A stretch of DNA of 64,000 nt, taken from NCBI RefSeq assembly GCF_006345805.1, contig NC_043007.1:71548001-71612000 (forward strand). The letters run 5' to 3'. A program made the position numbers and the translations under genes. The notes under the pieces are model-generated. The model ran no database searches, had not been told where the DNA came from, and saw only the letters and a list, made by a program, of their open reading frames with translations. The stretch comes from Octopus sinensis (taxonomy: Eukaryota). Shown here piece by piece: positions 1-13,936 of this stretch; the first letter of the stretch is position 1, and each line of letters starts with the position of its first letter.

Positions 1-753
1 TAGAGAAAATAATGGCATCACCCACATTACAGAATTCTGTGTTCCTCGACATTTTGCTATCACGTGAAATTCTGTGAAATCTATTTTACTATTAACCTTT
101 CGAATACCAATCTGCCCCAAAGCACCCCAGATTTTTTAATCCAAAATTCATGTCTTAAAGTGATCTAAATGAAAATCTTTCATTAAGATTTCATGTTAAT
201 TTATGTTCCAAATACCAGCTTAATATAGACCAAGTTATTTTAATAAATATTTCATAATTTTCCGAATTAATTGAAGCAAAGTATATTTCAAAAGGAATAT
301 GGTAACAAAAGGGTCAATATCCATGAGATGGGTTTTAACTGAATTTTCATAGAAAAAAAAGTAAGAACAAGGAATATGACCACTTTTATGCATGTATATA
401 TTAATTGTTAACCACACACACACTCTATACAGTATGTATATAAATAGTGCAGGAAATAATAAAACTACCATAATATAGTACAGTGTGTGCAGATTACAAA
501 TAATGTTAATAACTGTGTAATTGGGGAAGGTGTAATGAGAGTTCATTGAAGGGAGAGGGGCACTATCTTCAGCAGCAGGAGTAAATAACTTATATATTGT
601 CATTACTCATTTAGAATGTAGCATCTCTTTGTACACTGCAGTGTAGGAACTGAACTCATTATAAACACCTCTTGTAATTTTTATGTTGTACATTTCTCTT
701 CAATTCTTTTTATACATAGAGACTGTATTATGTGGATATTTTTTTTTTTTTAA

Positions 754-1064
754 TTAACCGTTTAGCATTTAAACCAGCCATACTTGGCGCTATTCTACCT
801 GTTTTGTGTTCAAACTGGCTATATCCAGCCTCTCAAACCTACCTTACAATGTTATTCTAAAAATAAACAATCACATCCAACCCGTCCAACCATCCAACCC
901 GTCCAACCATCCAACCCGTGCTAGCACGGAAAACGGACATTAAACGATGATGATGATGACATCATTGAAATCTCAAAGCCACGAAATAAAGTAGAATTAA
1001 TTCGAAAAAATATGAATAAATAAGCATTATATTTGACAGAGTGATCTGAATACTAAAGTGTTAA
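754..1064. mobile_element. TTAA-flanked MITE (piggyBac-like); copies about 49555-49784, 58362-58579, 63931-64000
   Basis: TTAA-CCxTTTAGCATT ... AATxCTAAAGxG-TTAA termini; this copy holds a nested RTE-tail fragment at about 874-960. Confidence 0.7.
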
Positions 1065-1959
1065 TATATTCTCACATCAAAATAGGTGTATTCCTTGTTT
1101 TAGCCCTTATTTTCATATTCCATTAAAAACACATCTCAATTTATAACTGTGAAATCAATGATAAACAGATATTGCACCACAGAATTTTTCATCACAGCAA
1201 GATTTTTTGAAATATGGAATTTGTAATGTAGTAAATGCATATGTTTTCTCTGTTTCACAATTGCAGACATCTGATAATAATAAAAAAAAATTTTTAATGG
1301 TTGCGGAATAGCTTTTCAATATTAATTGATTTATTTAAACTCTTTGCTAAAAATTCTTCAATATTTTCTCAAAATGTTGTTTCAAAATTATTTTCTGATA
1401 ATATGCCTTTGTCGGTTGGTTGGAGTAATGAAGTTGTGTCCTTGGGAATATAGCTCATTTTCACATTGGGGATATTATTTATATTCAGTGGGAGGCTTGG
1501 TGCATGCAATTATAATGGAGAAAGAAAGAATTAAAAATGTATCTATACCACCATGTAACCCTGTGTCATGTTAGTGAACTTGAATGATGAACTGAGTGAC
1601 AGAGTAAAAGAAAAATCAGATGTTGTGTACAGCAGGACTGCACTTGTATGGGCAGGTGCTGTGTATGGAGGACAGCTGCATAAAGATAGGGTTGAGTGCT
1701 GAAAGACTTGGAACAGTGTAGTAACAAATGATCTCAAGATGTCATATCTGATGAAGTTGATGACAGAGGACCATGTTGATTTGTGATATATGTGAAGCGC
1801 CTTGTCTTAAAAGTCTCACTGCTCTATGTGGTCTTTGTTCAAGGTAACATGTAGAAAAGAGGGCAATTACAAAGGATGGTCTAGGGTGAAAGAGAAGGAT
1901 CATGGAACTTAACTGGTCTTTGTGGGATTGTGTAAAACAGGAGGAAATACCAGCAGAGG

Positions 1960-2530
1960 AGAGAGAATAAATTGCTGTAGAATACTAGAAATTAGACTGC
2001 TCGGTAAAGTGGCATGGCAAAACTGACAAAAAGGAATAACAGGAAAGATAGTTGCAAGAAGCAGAAAACATAGGTTGTAGGAATGATACTATAATACTGT
2101 ACCTCATTGTCAGGGAGTTTGCAGGCTCCAAAAATAACAGAAACTTAATCTGTCAAGGATCAGAGTCCTCCTGTTTACAGAAAAAGAGCTTAGTATCAGG
2201 TCCATTTACACATTACTGAGCAAATTTTTCCCATTGAGAAACATCATAGAATGGGACATAGAGTTCTAGCAAGTTTTGTCAGATTATTTGATGGAGCTTA
2301 AAAGGCCTTTAAGAACATCCACACGGAATCACTAAGGAAGATCATCAAAGACTATGATATTCCCAACAGTATTTCAACATCTTCAGGAATCTGTACAAAG
2401 ATTCTTGCTGTTATAATGAGACAAATATTGGCCTTCTGAAAACTTTAGCATCATTATTGGTAAACATTTGTACTGCATCTTCTTGCATTTTTCTTCCTGC
2501 TAGAAGTTAATTTAGTGATAATGAAAGTAA
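1960..2530 (+). mobile_element. Highly decayed LINE RT fragment
   Basis: QIFPLRNIIE, KAF.NIHTESL.KI.KDY.IP and FRNLYKDS recognisable across frameshifts. Confidence 0.5.
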
Positions 2531-2589
2531 CTGAAGGAAACTGCAGGAATTTGGTAGAGGGATATGATATATATATATATATATGTGTG

Positions 2590-2627
<38 letters not shown>

Positions 2628-2635
<8 letters not shown>

Positions 2636-3535
2636 TAAATAAATGGAGTTAAACGCAGGTGTTATTCAAATTCTTTTACTTCTGGCATATGTTTCGAAGA
2701 CAACATTGGTATTATTCCAAAAGGAATAAAATGGTGTAAAACAATGTAATCTTCTCATCAGGGAAAGAAAGAAAGAAACCAAACTCATCAATAAGGCATT
2801 TTAACAGGTGATGGATGTGTATAATTATGAATGGAACGCTATTAAGTTGTTTTTTTTAAAAACGTTAAAAGATATAACGTCAAAGGTAGCCCTATAGAAA
2901 GAGAAGGGATAAAGGAAAGAAATAAGCAGAAAAACTAATAAGGAGAAATATAGAGTAATATGTGAATTAAAGGCTTGGAAATAGATATATTTGGTAGAAG
3001 TGAAATGTAAGAAGAAAATCAATATTCAAATTATATATAATGGTAGATATCACTTATATGAACTAAAGGTATACTTTTAGTTCATATAAGTGATATCTAC
3101 CATTCTATATAATTTGAACATTGATTTTCTTCTTACATTTCACTTCCACTAGATATATCTATTTCCAAGCCTTTAAGCTTTTATTTTAATTCACATATCG
3201 CTCTATATTTCTCCTTTATTAGTTTTCTACATATTTCTTTCCTTTACCCCTCCTCTTTCTATAGGCTACCTTTGACATTATATCTTCTAACAGTTTTTTT
3301 TAAAAAAACTTAATAGCGTTCCATTCATAATTATACACATCCATCACATTCTGTTAAAATGTCTTATTGATGAGTTTGGTTTCTTTCTTTCTTTCCCTGA
3401 TGAGAAGATTATATTGTTTTACACCATTTTATTCCTTTTGGAATAATACCAGTGTTGTCTTCGAAACATGTCAGAAGTAACAGAATTTGAATAACACTTG
3501 CATTTAACTCCATTTATTTATTTATATATATTATA
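2628..3535. mobile_element. Fold-back Penelope-like pLTR insertion (about 900-bp palindrome)
   Basis: Arms mirror around gtatac at about 3070; HHR near the outer ends; flanked by (TA)n. Confidence 0.7.
3391..3477 (+). ncRNA. Type I hammerhead ribozyme motif with extended stem II
   Basis: CTGATGA-GAAGA..TCTTC-GAAA-CATG-TC; palindromic ACATGT stem III; stem I imperfect; degenerate mirror copy at 2679-2767 (-). Confidence 0.7.
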
Positions 3536-5643
3536 TAAAATATTTCACATCAACCCAGAGTTTCTACCTTCACAAACAGGGTGTTACGTCCTTATTACTT
3601 GTGTGATTTTTTGCTGCCCTGGTAACTGTTTATTTATTTTTTCCATGTTAATTGTAAACAAGGGGAAAATACACACATCCATATATATATATATATATAT
3701 ATATCATCATCGTTCAATGTCCGCTTTCCATGCTGGCATGGGTTGGACGATTTGCCTGAGGACTTGCAAACCAGATGGCTGCACCAGGCTCCAATCTGAT
3801 CTGGCAGAGTTTCTACAGTTGGATGCCCTTCCTAATGCCAACCACTCCAAGAGTATAGTGGGTGCTTTTACATGCCAACACATACACACATCATTACAAT
3901 GTTCATGGGGTTGCAGTTATTAAGGAGAGAATTGAATACTGGGTGAGTTTTGCATTTGAAGAGAAATATTAAAAAAAAAAGATTAAATTTGTGAAGAAAA
4001 AGTTCCTGTGCCTGCTTGACTCCAAACATTAAATGTATTATACCAAACAGGTCCAGCCAAGCTGGACATGATTTGATGTAGAAGCCAGACAAAGTAGATG
4101 GAAATACTGTTGCAACCTTAAATTCCAGTGGGTAATGATTCAGCATAGATTTGGAAAGTACAATGCTGTTAATGTTAACATCATCACCATCACCATCTTC
4201 ACTGTTTTTATGTCTGCTTTCCATACTGGCATGAGTTAGATGAATTGCCATGGCTCAAGTACTTATTGGGAGCCCTTCCCTCATAAACCGGTGCCCTTCC
4301 TATGACCAACGATTTACAAGGTGTATTGAGTACTTTTTATCATGGCACAAGCTTTGGAGAGTCGTCATGTTCTTGTCAACATGAGACTAGAGGCTCATCT
4401 CAAATCTGCTTCCATTTCTAATCATTCCCTAACCCCTTTATGGAGGGTACTAGTTGTAACTGTCCAACCCATGCCAGCATGGAAGGTGGACGTTAAACAA
4501 TGATGATATATATATATATATATGTGTGTGTGTGTATGTGAGTGATAAAGAAGTGCTGATCATTCAAAGTGGATGGAACTTGTAGAATAGGGAGACCCAG
4601 AAAGACATGGAACAAAGTACTGAAGGACAACCTCATGACACTGAACCTTTCTGAGGAGATGACAAAGGTCCAAGATATCTGGCACTGCACTGTACTCAAG
4701 AAGACCTGTCCTCCACAGCAGAACTGTTAATGTTTTTCTCGCTGATGAAGAGGATTGGCCTGCAAGACCTTGTGCCAGTACCACGTAAAAAGCACTCGTG
4801 CTGCCACCATGTAAAAACTCTAATGCCGGTACCACGTTAAAAGCACCCAGTACGCACTGTAAAGTGGTTGGCTTAGGAAGGGCATCTAGCTGTAGAATCC
4901 AAGCCAAATCAGACTGGAACCTGGTGCAACTCACTGGGTCATCAGCTCTGGTGAAACCGTCCAACCCATGCCAGCATGAAATATGGACGTTAAAAGAGAA
5001 TAATGATACACATGCACACACATAGATGCTAACCTCCAATGCTACCCCGAATTTAGCATTTCACCCTGCATACATGGGTTGTTGGGTCTTCTCCTGCAAG
5101 TCCTCAATATCAGTCAGCACTGTCCTTTGTCATCTTTTTCATGAAATGTAAGAACTTGAGAGCAGGTTTCACTAGCTTGCCCCAAGTCTTCCTCATTTTT
5201 TGTCTTCCACAGGTTCCATTCACTCTGACACTTTCTTATACAGCTGTCATCCACAATATACTTCACATACAATACCAGTGCTGTATTCTCTGTTGCTCAC
5301 TACTTCTGATTCCTCTTAAACCCAGCTTTTCTTTCAGCTCATTTCTATTCTAATGTTCATGCACGCTGACATTACAGCAGAGCATTCTCACTTCATTTCT
5401 TTCATAAATATTCTGCATTCAAGCCATCTCACTGCCATACCTGTACATTAAAACTTATACATATTGAAAAAACTTTGCATAAAAATATATTTATTACTAA
5501 CAAATAGTGTACCATATACGTTCACATATAAGATACTTTTGCATAAACTGCTTCCAAGTTTAACAATTATGGGAAAGGAATCATGCTTGAGCTACACATA
5601 AGACACATAACCACTCATAATCACTACAAATAGAAAATATAAA

Positions 5644-5922
5644 GACTTGTGGGCCATTGCAACAGATCTGGACTTGTGGGTCATTGCAACAGATCTGGAC
5701 TTGTGGGCCATTGCAGCAGATCTGGGCTTGTTGGTCATTGCAACAGATCTGGACTTGCGGGCCATTGCAGCAGATCTGGACTCGTGGGTCATTGCAACAG
5801 ATCTGGACCCATGGGTCATTGCAGCAGATCTGGACTCGTGGGTCATTGCAACAGATCTGGACTCGTGGGTCATTGCAACAGATCTGGACTTGTGGGTCAT
5901 TGCAACAGATCTGGACTTGTGG
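5644..5922. repeat. 27-bp minisatellite, about 10.3 copies
   Basis: Unit GACTTGTGGGTCATTGCAACAGATCTG. Confidence 0.95.
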
Positions 5923-6866
5923 TTTATTTGAGGGGTATTGTAAAATTCATGATTTTATTGCTATTTGACGTGTTAATGTTTTCAAAAGATCATTTCTTGG
6001 AATTGATAGAATATATGAGGGTTCATTAATCATCGGAAATTGTTCTAATTTTTCTGCTACACGGCCAAAAGCTGGCCACCTTCTGTCATGCACTATTCTA
6101 CAAATACATTCTAATTATTTTTTACACTGAAAGAATAAATCAACACAATTCTATATTTGTGAAAAATTATATCATATTGTTTTGTTTTTTTGTTTGCAAC
6201 AGGATATTTTTATTTAACCGAAATAATTATAGAGCTAATGTAGAAATAGATGAACAATATAGTGACAAAAACACAGAGACTAAAGTTGAAATAAATAAGA
6301 TACTATGAGTAAATATTGTATCAATATTTACTTTTATGATCACTAAGTTAACACTGGTACACACAGGCTCTGAACATTCACATTTACTCTCACTCAATGT
6401 GACAACAATGTTTCACATCTGCCAGTTGCATAAAATCTTGTAACACCATCTGTTGAGCTTTAAAGAAGCTAATATTTTATTGGTTAGAGAAACACTGACT
6501 TGATATAGTAACAGAAAATAACTTAGTGTTCAGTATACTTTTTGGTGACTGGTTGATATCCTTCATAAAATCGCACATGAAGGGTCTCTTGCCAAATAAT
6601 AGAATTTTAACAGAAATAAGTGGCATACATAATAATTCTGTCTCCATCTCTGGAAACTCATCATTGAAAAGAGGAAGTCACAGTCCTAAGACAACATTCT
6701 GCATCCTATACCATGACATATTCAGATACCTGTTCCATTGGGATCGTTTCTGTTGAATCACTAAGTTAAAGGGACGTAAACACACCAACACTCATGGTCA
6801 ACGGTGGTGGGGTACATATAAAGACACGAAGACACACACATATATATAAGTATATATACGTTTATA

Positions 6867-7260
6867 ATACAAATAAGAAAATGGAGGAACAAATTCATTT
6901 CAATCATCAACTTACAGATATTACCAATTCATATTATTTATTAACTACATAAATAGGAACATCCTTTGTTTTGTTTTGTTGGATTTAGATGTTCCTATTT
7001 ATGTAGTTAATAAATAATATGAATTGGTAATATCTGTAAATCGATGATTGAAATGAATTTGTTCCTCCATTTTCTTGTTTGTATTATGAATTTGAGGTAA
7101 AATATTTTACCTTCACCTATCTGATACAATAAATGAATTAATTGCATTGCAATTATAAGCATTTATGTATTTGGCATTTGGGTGCTTCACCAGCAGTATA
7201 TTGGATAACTGATATCCCATAGTGGATTACACTCATAACCCCTATCTCACTTTGTACTTT
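6867..7260 (+). mobile_element. Inverted-repeat insertion with 20-bp target-site duplication
   Basis: About 100-bp inverted arms plus unique tail; taagtatatatacgtttata at 6847-6866 and 7261-7280. Confidence 0.65.
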
Positions 7261-8199
7261 TAAGTATATATACGTTTATATATTTGTTTTGCAATATTCC
7301 TGATGTGAAATCATGTGTTGTAACAGATATTGTTATATTTCAGGATGGCCATTTTTTTTTTCTTCACAAATAAATACACACACTATATATTCGTTCTTCA
7401 CTTGTCTATCGTTGTTCTTATTGTATGTCCATTGTCCAAAAATCTTTTGTCACACATCCCATAACCGCTTCAGCTACTCATCTCACGTTTAGAATGGACT
7501 AAACAGAGCAGGAAATATAGGGGATGGATAGTCGTTGAAGAAGTCACAGGATGTGTGGCAAAAGATTTCCAGACAATGGACATAAAATCAGAACAATAAT
7601 AAACAAGTCTCATATATATATTGTGCGTGTGTTTAGTTGGCAAGGAAAAAGAAATATAAGATATATGTGCATGTGTGTGCATATACTTGATGGGCTTCTT
7701 TCAGTTTCTATCTACCAAATCCACTCACAAGGCTTTGGTCAGCCTGAGAGTATAATGGAAAAAAACTCAAGGTGCCATGCAGTAAGACTGAACCTAGAAC
7801 CATGTGGTTGAGAAACAAATTCCTTACCACAAACCCACACCTGCACCTTCACAGCCACACCTGTCAATTTTTTTTTTTAACATTTTTTTCAATTTTTACA
7901 TGTCATATGTAAACTTTTTGGGGTGTTACTTGTTTACTTTGTTAAACGGTACTAACATCTTTCTTTCTCTCATTTTTCTCAGGATAAGATAATGAGAGTT
8001 CCAGGAAAAACTCAATACAATACAGATAGGGAAAACAGTTCCCTGTATCTGGATATTACTAGATGGATCCAGCCAGTTTCTACTGGTTTTGCTGATGATA
8101 TTATTTGCAGAATTTCTAAGAGTGGTAAGCTTAATTTGAACAAGATAGTTACCAGTGCAATAAAATTGCACATTGAAGGGCCTCTTGCCAGATAATAGA

Positions 8200-8970
8200 A
8201 TTTTAACAGAAACAAGTGGTATACATAAGAATTCTGTTTCCATCTCTGGAAACTCAACATCTGCTGCCAGTTCTGTCGATTCTGGAGTTTCAAGATGTAA
8301 CATTGATTAAAACTGTTCCGTTAAATCAACCAAATAAATGTAACTTATCATCAAGCACTGATAATTCTGCTCAGTCAAGCAAGCCAAGTCAATCCACCAC
8401 ATCTATAGTACAAGCTGTCATCAAGAGGGAATTCAAACAAGTTGTTAAATGTAAGATACTGTGTGCCTTTCATGTTGTCTACAGGCACCACAGTTGGGAC
8501 AGTTCAGGCGGTATGTCAGAATTGCTTCAAGCAATGTTCCCTGGTAGCAGTATTGCCAAAGAATTTTCTCTCGTCAATGAAGCTAAGCTGCATTATAAAT
8601 CACAGCTTAACATCTTTTGTTTTTAGAGCAGATACCATGAGTGAATTAGCACCAAAAGGCACTAGACTGCTACCCAAGTTTGTGACCTGTTTTGATGAGT
8701 TGTTTAAAAAATTCAGTTTTTCAGCACAACTGGATATTCATATTATTTATTCTGATGAAGTTACCAACAGAATCAAGTGAAATTATCTTTGATCCCAATT
8801 CATGCGGCATTTGAGTGAAAGAGTTGAGTGATTTTTAAGGAAACATTCATAAGACTGGATATTGGAAACAATTTGATGCAGTTATCTGTAGATTGTCTGC
8901 ATGTCAACTGGGCATTCCATGAAGAATTTGAATAATATTGTTTATTGGAGAATCCAAATGCACCATCACT
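8200..8970 (+). mobile_element. hAT-like transposase remnant
   Basis: LLQAMFPGSSIAKEFSL, FVTCFDE, QLDIHI and LMQLSVD..VNW resemble MFPDS.IA, FDES, QMD and QLS.DGPNVN motifs. Confidence 0.6.
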
Positions 8971-11900
8971 AACGATTGTGATTCATTCATTCCACCTCCT
9001 TTCATTTGTTCTCCACAAAACAAAAAAAAAATCACCAGTCTCTCTCAAACACTTTTTCTATATTTCATTATGCTTTTAAAATGTGCTTATTATGCATGAG
9101 ATTTTTCTTGGATTTCATAACTCTTAATGCTGTGTATTGTACTTAGGTTCTTATAGGAACAAATGCAGTATTTTTTATATCATAAAAACATTGTTTCTGA
9201 TAATTTTTTTCATCTTTACTGTTATGACCAATGTGCAGACTTTCCTGTATAAACTTGCCTTATAATACTAAAATTTAAAGTCTGTTAGTGTGTTCCTGGA
9301 TTTTTGAGAAAACTGTACATTATAGCAATAGAATGCTTCTTACTAATTTACTCTTTACCTCAAATATTGATATCTGATGAAAGGCAAAGTTAACCTGTGT
9401 GGAATTTTCGCTTAGAATATAAAGAGCCAGAAAAAATACCACAAACAATTTTTGACATGCTAGTGATTTTGCTAGCTCATTGCCTTCTTTTTGCATAAAA
9501 TAATTTTGTACATTTCTAGGCTCTAGACCCTCAAAGTAAAAGTATTTTGTTACTCATTATATCAGTATGACAAAGAAAATTACTTCTGTTGCTAAACAAC
9601 TGTCAATAAGAAAATGATATACATGCAAAAGACACAGAGATATATATATATACATATACAAAAACAGACATACAACAAAGACACTCATGAAAACAAACAC
9701 ACATACACATATAATATATAATTTTGTCAGTGAATACCTTGATGAATAAGGTTAGCAGTTGTGAACAGATAATCAATCTTATGTCTGTTATGAATAGATG
9801 TTAAAGTTTAAATACATGGACAATGGATGCAACATTATTTCTTTTTGTTACATACTCTTGGTGAGGAGGGGGTGGGGTTTTTTTTTTACTTGTTTAGGAA
9901 ATGATATACAATAATTGGTAAAATATGATTTAAATTCATAAACCAAAGTATAATTTTATAAGTTGGTAATGTCTTATGTACTTGATGTGAATGGTGCCAG
10001 GTAAACTTGTAAATAAGTTTTGAATAAATTATCTCAAGTTTCAAAAATGGCATATTTCCTTTTTTATGAGACTATGACTCTTCAATTGCATTGGCATATG
10101 ATGCCACACCATTGGGATCCACATGAATCGGTGAACTGAGAATTCAGGTTGGAATAGCTATTACATAAACTATTAGCTTCATGTAATTGACAACATTTAT
10201 CCATTATAGATGCAAGCATGGCACTGTGTGGTAAGTAGCTTGCTTCTCATCCACATGGTTCCAGGTTCTGTCCTACTGTTTGGTACTTAGTGCAAGTATC
10301 TTCTACTATAGTCTTGTAAGTGGATTTGGTAGAGGGAAACTGAAAGAAGCCTGATGTATAAATGTATCTGTGTCTTTATTCCCTGTAACTGCTTGACAAA
10401 TGGTGTTGGTGTGTTTACATCCCTGTTACTCAGTGGTTCCACAAAAGAGATCAATAGACTATCAGGCTTCAAAAAAATATGCACTGGGGTCAATTCATTT
10501 GACTAAAAATTATTTTGTGGTGCCCCAGCATAGCCACAGTTTAATTACCAAAATAAATAAAAGGTAAAAGATAAAGATTGGTGTTTATTGACAATTATTA
10601 ATGGGTTTTCACTCTGATTCATGGATTTCCATTCAATTTCTCTCAATTACAACCAATCCACCCGGTTTTTATGTGTATAGGAGGTATGCAGACCAAATGG
10701 AGTGCAGAATATCGATAGATTGAAACATAAATCATTGCTTTTCCAATCTAGATTCACTTCTTTAGTTCCCTCTCTATCTATATACTACATTTATTACCTA
10801 TCTCTTTACTACCCACAAGGGGCTAAACACAGAAGGGACAAACAAGGACAGAAAAACGGATTAAGTCGATTATATCGACCCCAGTGCATAACTGGTACTT
10901 ATTTAATCGACCCCGAAAGGATGAAAGGCAAAGTCGACCTCAGAACATAGCAGCAGACGAAATATCGGTAAGCATTTCGTCCGGCGTGCTAAAGTTTCTG
11001 CCAGCTCGCCACCCTCTACATTTATTACCATTCTGTGTCTCTCTTTATTCCTGTAAATTGGTTGAATGGTTGCAATCATATTGTAACAACTTTTGAACCA
11101 ACATAATTTAAAATGTTGGTAATTTCATAAAAAAACAATAACATTTCAAAGAGGCCTCTCAAAGACACACTGACTGCAAGAAGACTCGGCTACCTGTTCT
11201 TCAAAAACTAATGTAAGTGGCCTCTCCTTTTTTACTTTTCTCCCAACCAACCTAGTTACATTCAGAGTAAAGTATATAAATCTATATAGCTTGGAAACAA
11301 GGTTACTATGACATTGATGTGACAGCTATCAGTGAAACCAAGATTTTTCAAGATATATTGACAAGTAGCTATTTTTAGAGTGTAAATATCTTTTAGTAGT
11401 CAACCTGGGTCAGGGAGTATTAGTCTAGAAAGGTCTACATCTAAACTTACAATCTTAGATAGTAAATTATTAGTGCAGGATGTGATGGTACCTTCAGATT
11501 AGTAAACTGCTATATCTCTAAATCTGTTTATCAAGTCACTGGGTCTCTTAATTCTAAAGAACCATGTTTACCATTCCTTGATAAAACTGGTTCTGTATCT
11601 GCATCATTTACAATGATGATGATGCTTCTAATTTCATTTTTACCATCAAGTCTATTGTAAACTATTTGCTCAAATATGAACAGGAAAAGATTCAATTAAC
11701 CTGCCAACATATGTCAATTTTATCATTTCTGATTTGTTCAAAAGAGAACAGCTGAGCACAGACATGAAATAAGAGCAAAACCAGAATCTACCTTAAGAGT
11801 TTGTTTGGTGCTGAAATTTAAATAAACTGAACCAAAAACTGAACAAATAGAAAATTCACTCATTTCAAGAAGAACCAACTACAGAAAATGATACAAATAT

Positions 11901-13539
11901 TTATTTAGTGAAAAATAGTGATATTTTATTCCATGGCTCATTTATGTGACACTGTTAGATAACCTTTGAACAGTAGTCAAGGATAAAAAGCATTAATTTC
12001 CAATCGGTGGGACAGATATCCAATAATTACAGGTGAAAAAAGGTGATGCAGAAACAAGTGTACTGAAAGAAGTTTAGTAATGTGTTGTGACCATTGAGCA
12101 GTTATCAATACTATTTAAAAGCATTGGATTTTACTTCAGAGTTCATCAGAGGAGAAATTATAGACTTATTAACACAACATAATAGTTTATATATTTTCCT
12201 GGAAAGTAAGCTATATTTCCTTTATAAATAATGTTACAGAGTGTGAAGTATACTTTTTGAAAGAGGATTACAACACTAAGTGATAGGGAAAAGCAGCAAA
12301 CAGCTATTTGGAAGGTTGAGCAGAGTGATGAAAATATTAATTACACTGCTACCATTAACTGACTGATTTGCATATTTAATAAATAATTAACTCCCAAAAT
12401 ATTAATTAGGCTGCTATCCTTATCTAATGATTTATAGACTCCTAAATTTATTGATTAGACTGCTATCCTTATCAATTGATTTGCATATTTAACAATTAAT
12501 TCTGAAACGTATTTCTACATTCTTTTCTTAAACACAAAAAATATTTGTGATTTTCTTTGGTTAAAAAGAATTAATTATCATAAATTTAGTCTATAGATTA
12601 TCAATTTGGATAAACTTCTTAATAACCATTAATAATAAAAATATATCAAAATAATTTTAAAGTGCCCTACAAAATTGTATTTGAGAAAATTTTTTTTTCA
12701 CAAATGATCTTTTTTGTTCATTTTCAAAATATTTTGATTTTTAATTTTAAAAGCTAGATTAACTGAAACAAAATTCAGTAAATGTTCTCTTAGCTTCAAT
12801 AATGTCAGTCTTTGAATGGAGCTGATTTGAAAGAAATTCAAAAAAAGATTTGGTAAATTCCTAAATATTTCAAAAAATTATATTCTTAACAACAGTTTGA
12901 GTCAACTGAAGGTAAAGCTGGAGTGATTGTAAAATAATTGTAAACATGGACATTGGAACAAAAAGAGGTTTAAATAATCATAATAATAAACTACATATCT
13001 GGAATAATATTGCACTAAAACGTCTTTATGTATTCCTGAAGACTTATTTAATAAACTCCACTTGGTGCATGGCATATAAGGATCAGAAATGTACAGTCAT
13101 CCTACATTGGTGACTTATGAAATAAATGGAGAATCAAAGTGGGTAGGTGGGGGTGATATACAGCATTTATCAAGATGTCTTTTATCCTGTCAGTTACCAA
13201 TACACTTGGCTAATTATCAAGTTGTCACATAAAAATGACAAGTCATCTTTCTTAAGTAGAGAAGTATCTTAAGAATTTTACTCATGGTACAAAACAGTGA
13301 TTAAAATTCTTCAGATTGCTGAGAGCAGAATACGGAAAAAAAAAAAGATCATATGATAGCTGTATCATACATACACCAAAATAAGAATTAAAGCAAATCA
13401 GTCAACAGAACCATTGTAACCAGATGACACTAACAAGGATAGTTGGAAGATAGTGAGAGGGAGACATCTAGACATAATTTACGGGAGTTTATCAGGAGCT
13501 TCTGTTGTACAAGTTAATGCCACTGCTGTCTCATGTAAT

Positions 13540-13582
13540 TCAAGCAATTTCAGGTTCTCCGGTTAAGAGTGAAAGTATCATA
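13540..13582 (-). CDS. CNIH4: CNIH4 last coding exon (N-MILSLLTGEPEIA*)
   Basis: tttcag acceptor, phase-2 continuation gives MILSLL resembling the CNIH4 C-terminus, TGA stop. Confidence 0.85.
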
Positions 13583-13936
13583 CTGAAATGAAAATTAAAT
13601 GTTATATTACTTTATGAGTAATAACATCATCACCATCATCATTGTTGAATGTCTACTTTTTTCGGCTCGCATGTGTCAGACAGAATTTGTTAAAGTGAAC
13701 TTACATGGTAGGAGGCCCTTTTTATAATTTTTTTAGATGTTATGAATATTTCTCCAGTTCACATGCTTTATTGATATATAATAAATATTGTCATGGTTAA
13801 GAAGTTTGTTTTTCAACCATATGGATTTGGATTCAGTCTTAATACATGGCACCTTGGGCAAATGTCTTCTAATATAACCCCAGGCCACCCTAAGTCTTTC
13901 AAAAGGATTTGGCAGACAGAAACTGTCATATATATG

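Noticed and set aside
235-603. 122-aa minus-strand ORF
   Set aside because: No recognisable motif, AT-rich composition, and it runs into a MITE
2628-3535. Inverted repeats as assembly or chimeric-read artefacts
   Set aside because: Arms differ by substitutions and indels, several elements have TSDs, and all share one architecture; long reads would still be the definitive test
5644-5922. CRISPR-like regular repeat
   Set aside because: Units are contiguous with no unique spacers, there are no cas genes, and the context is eukaryotic
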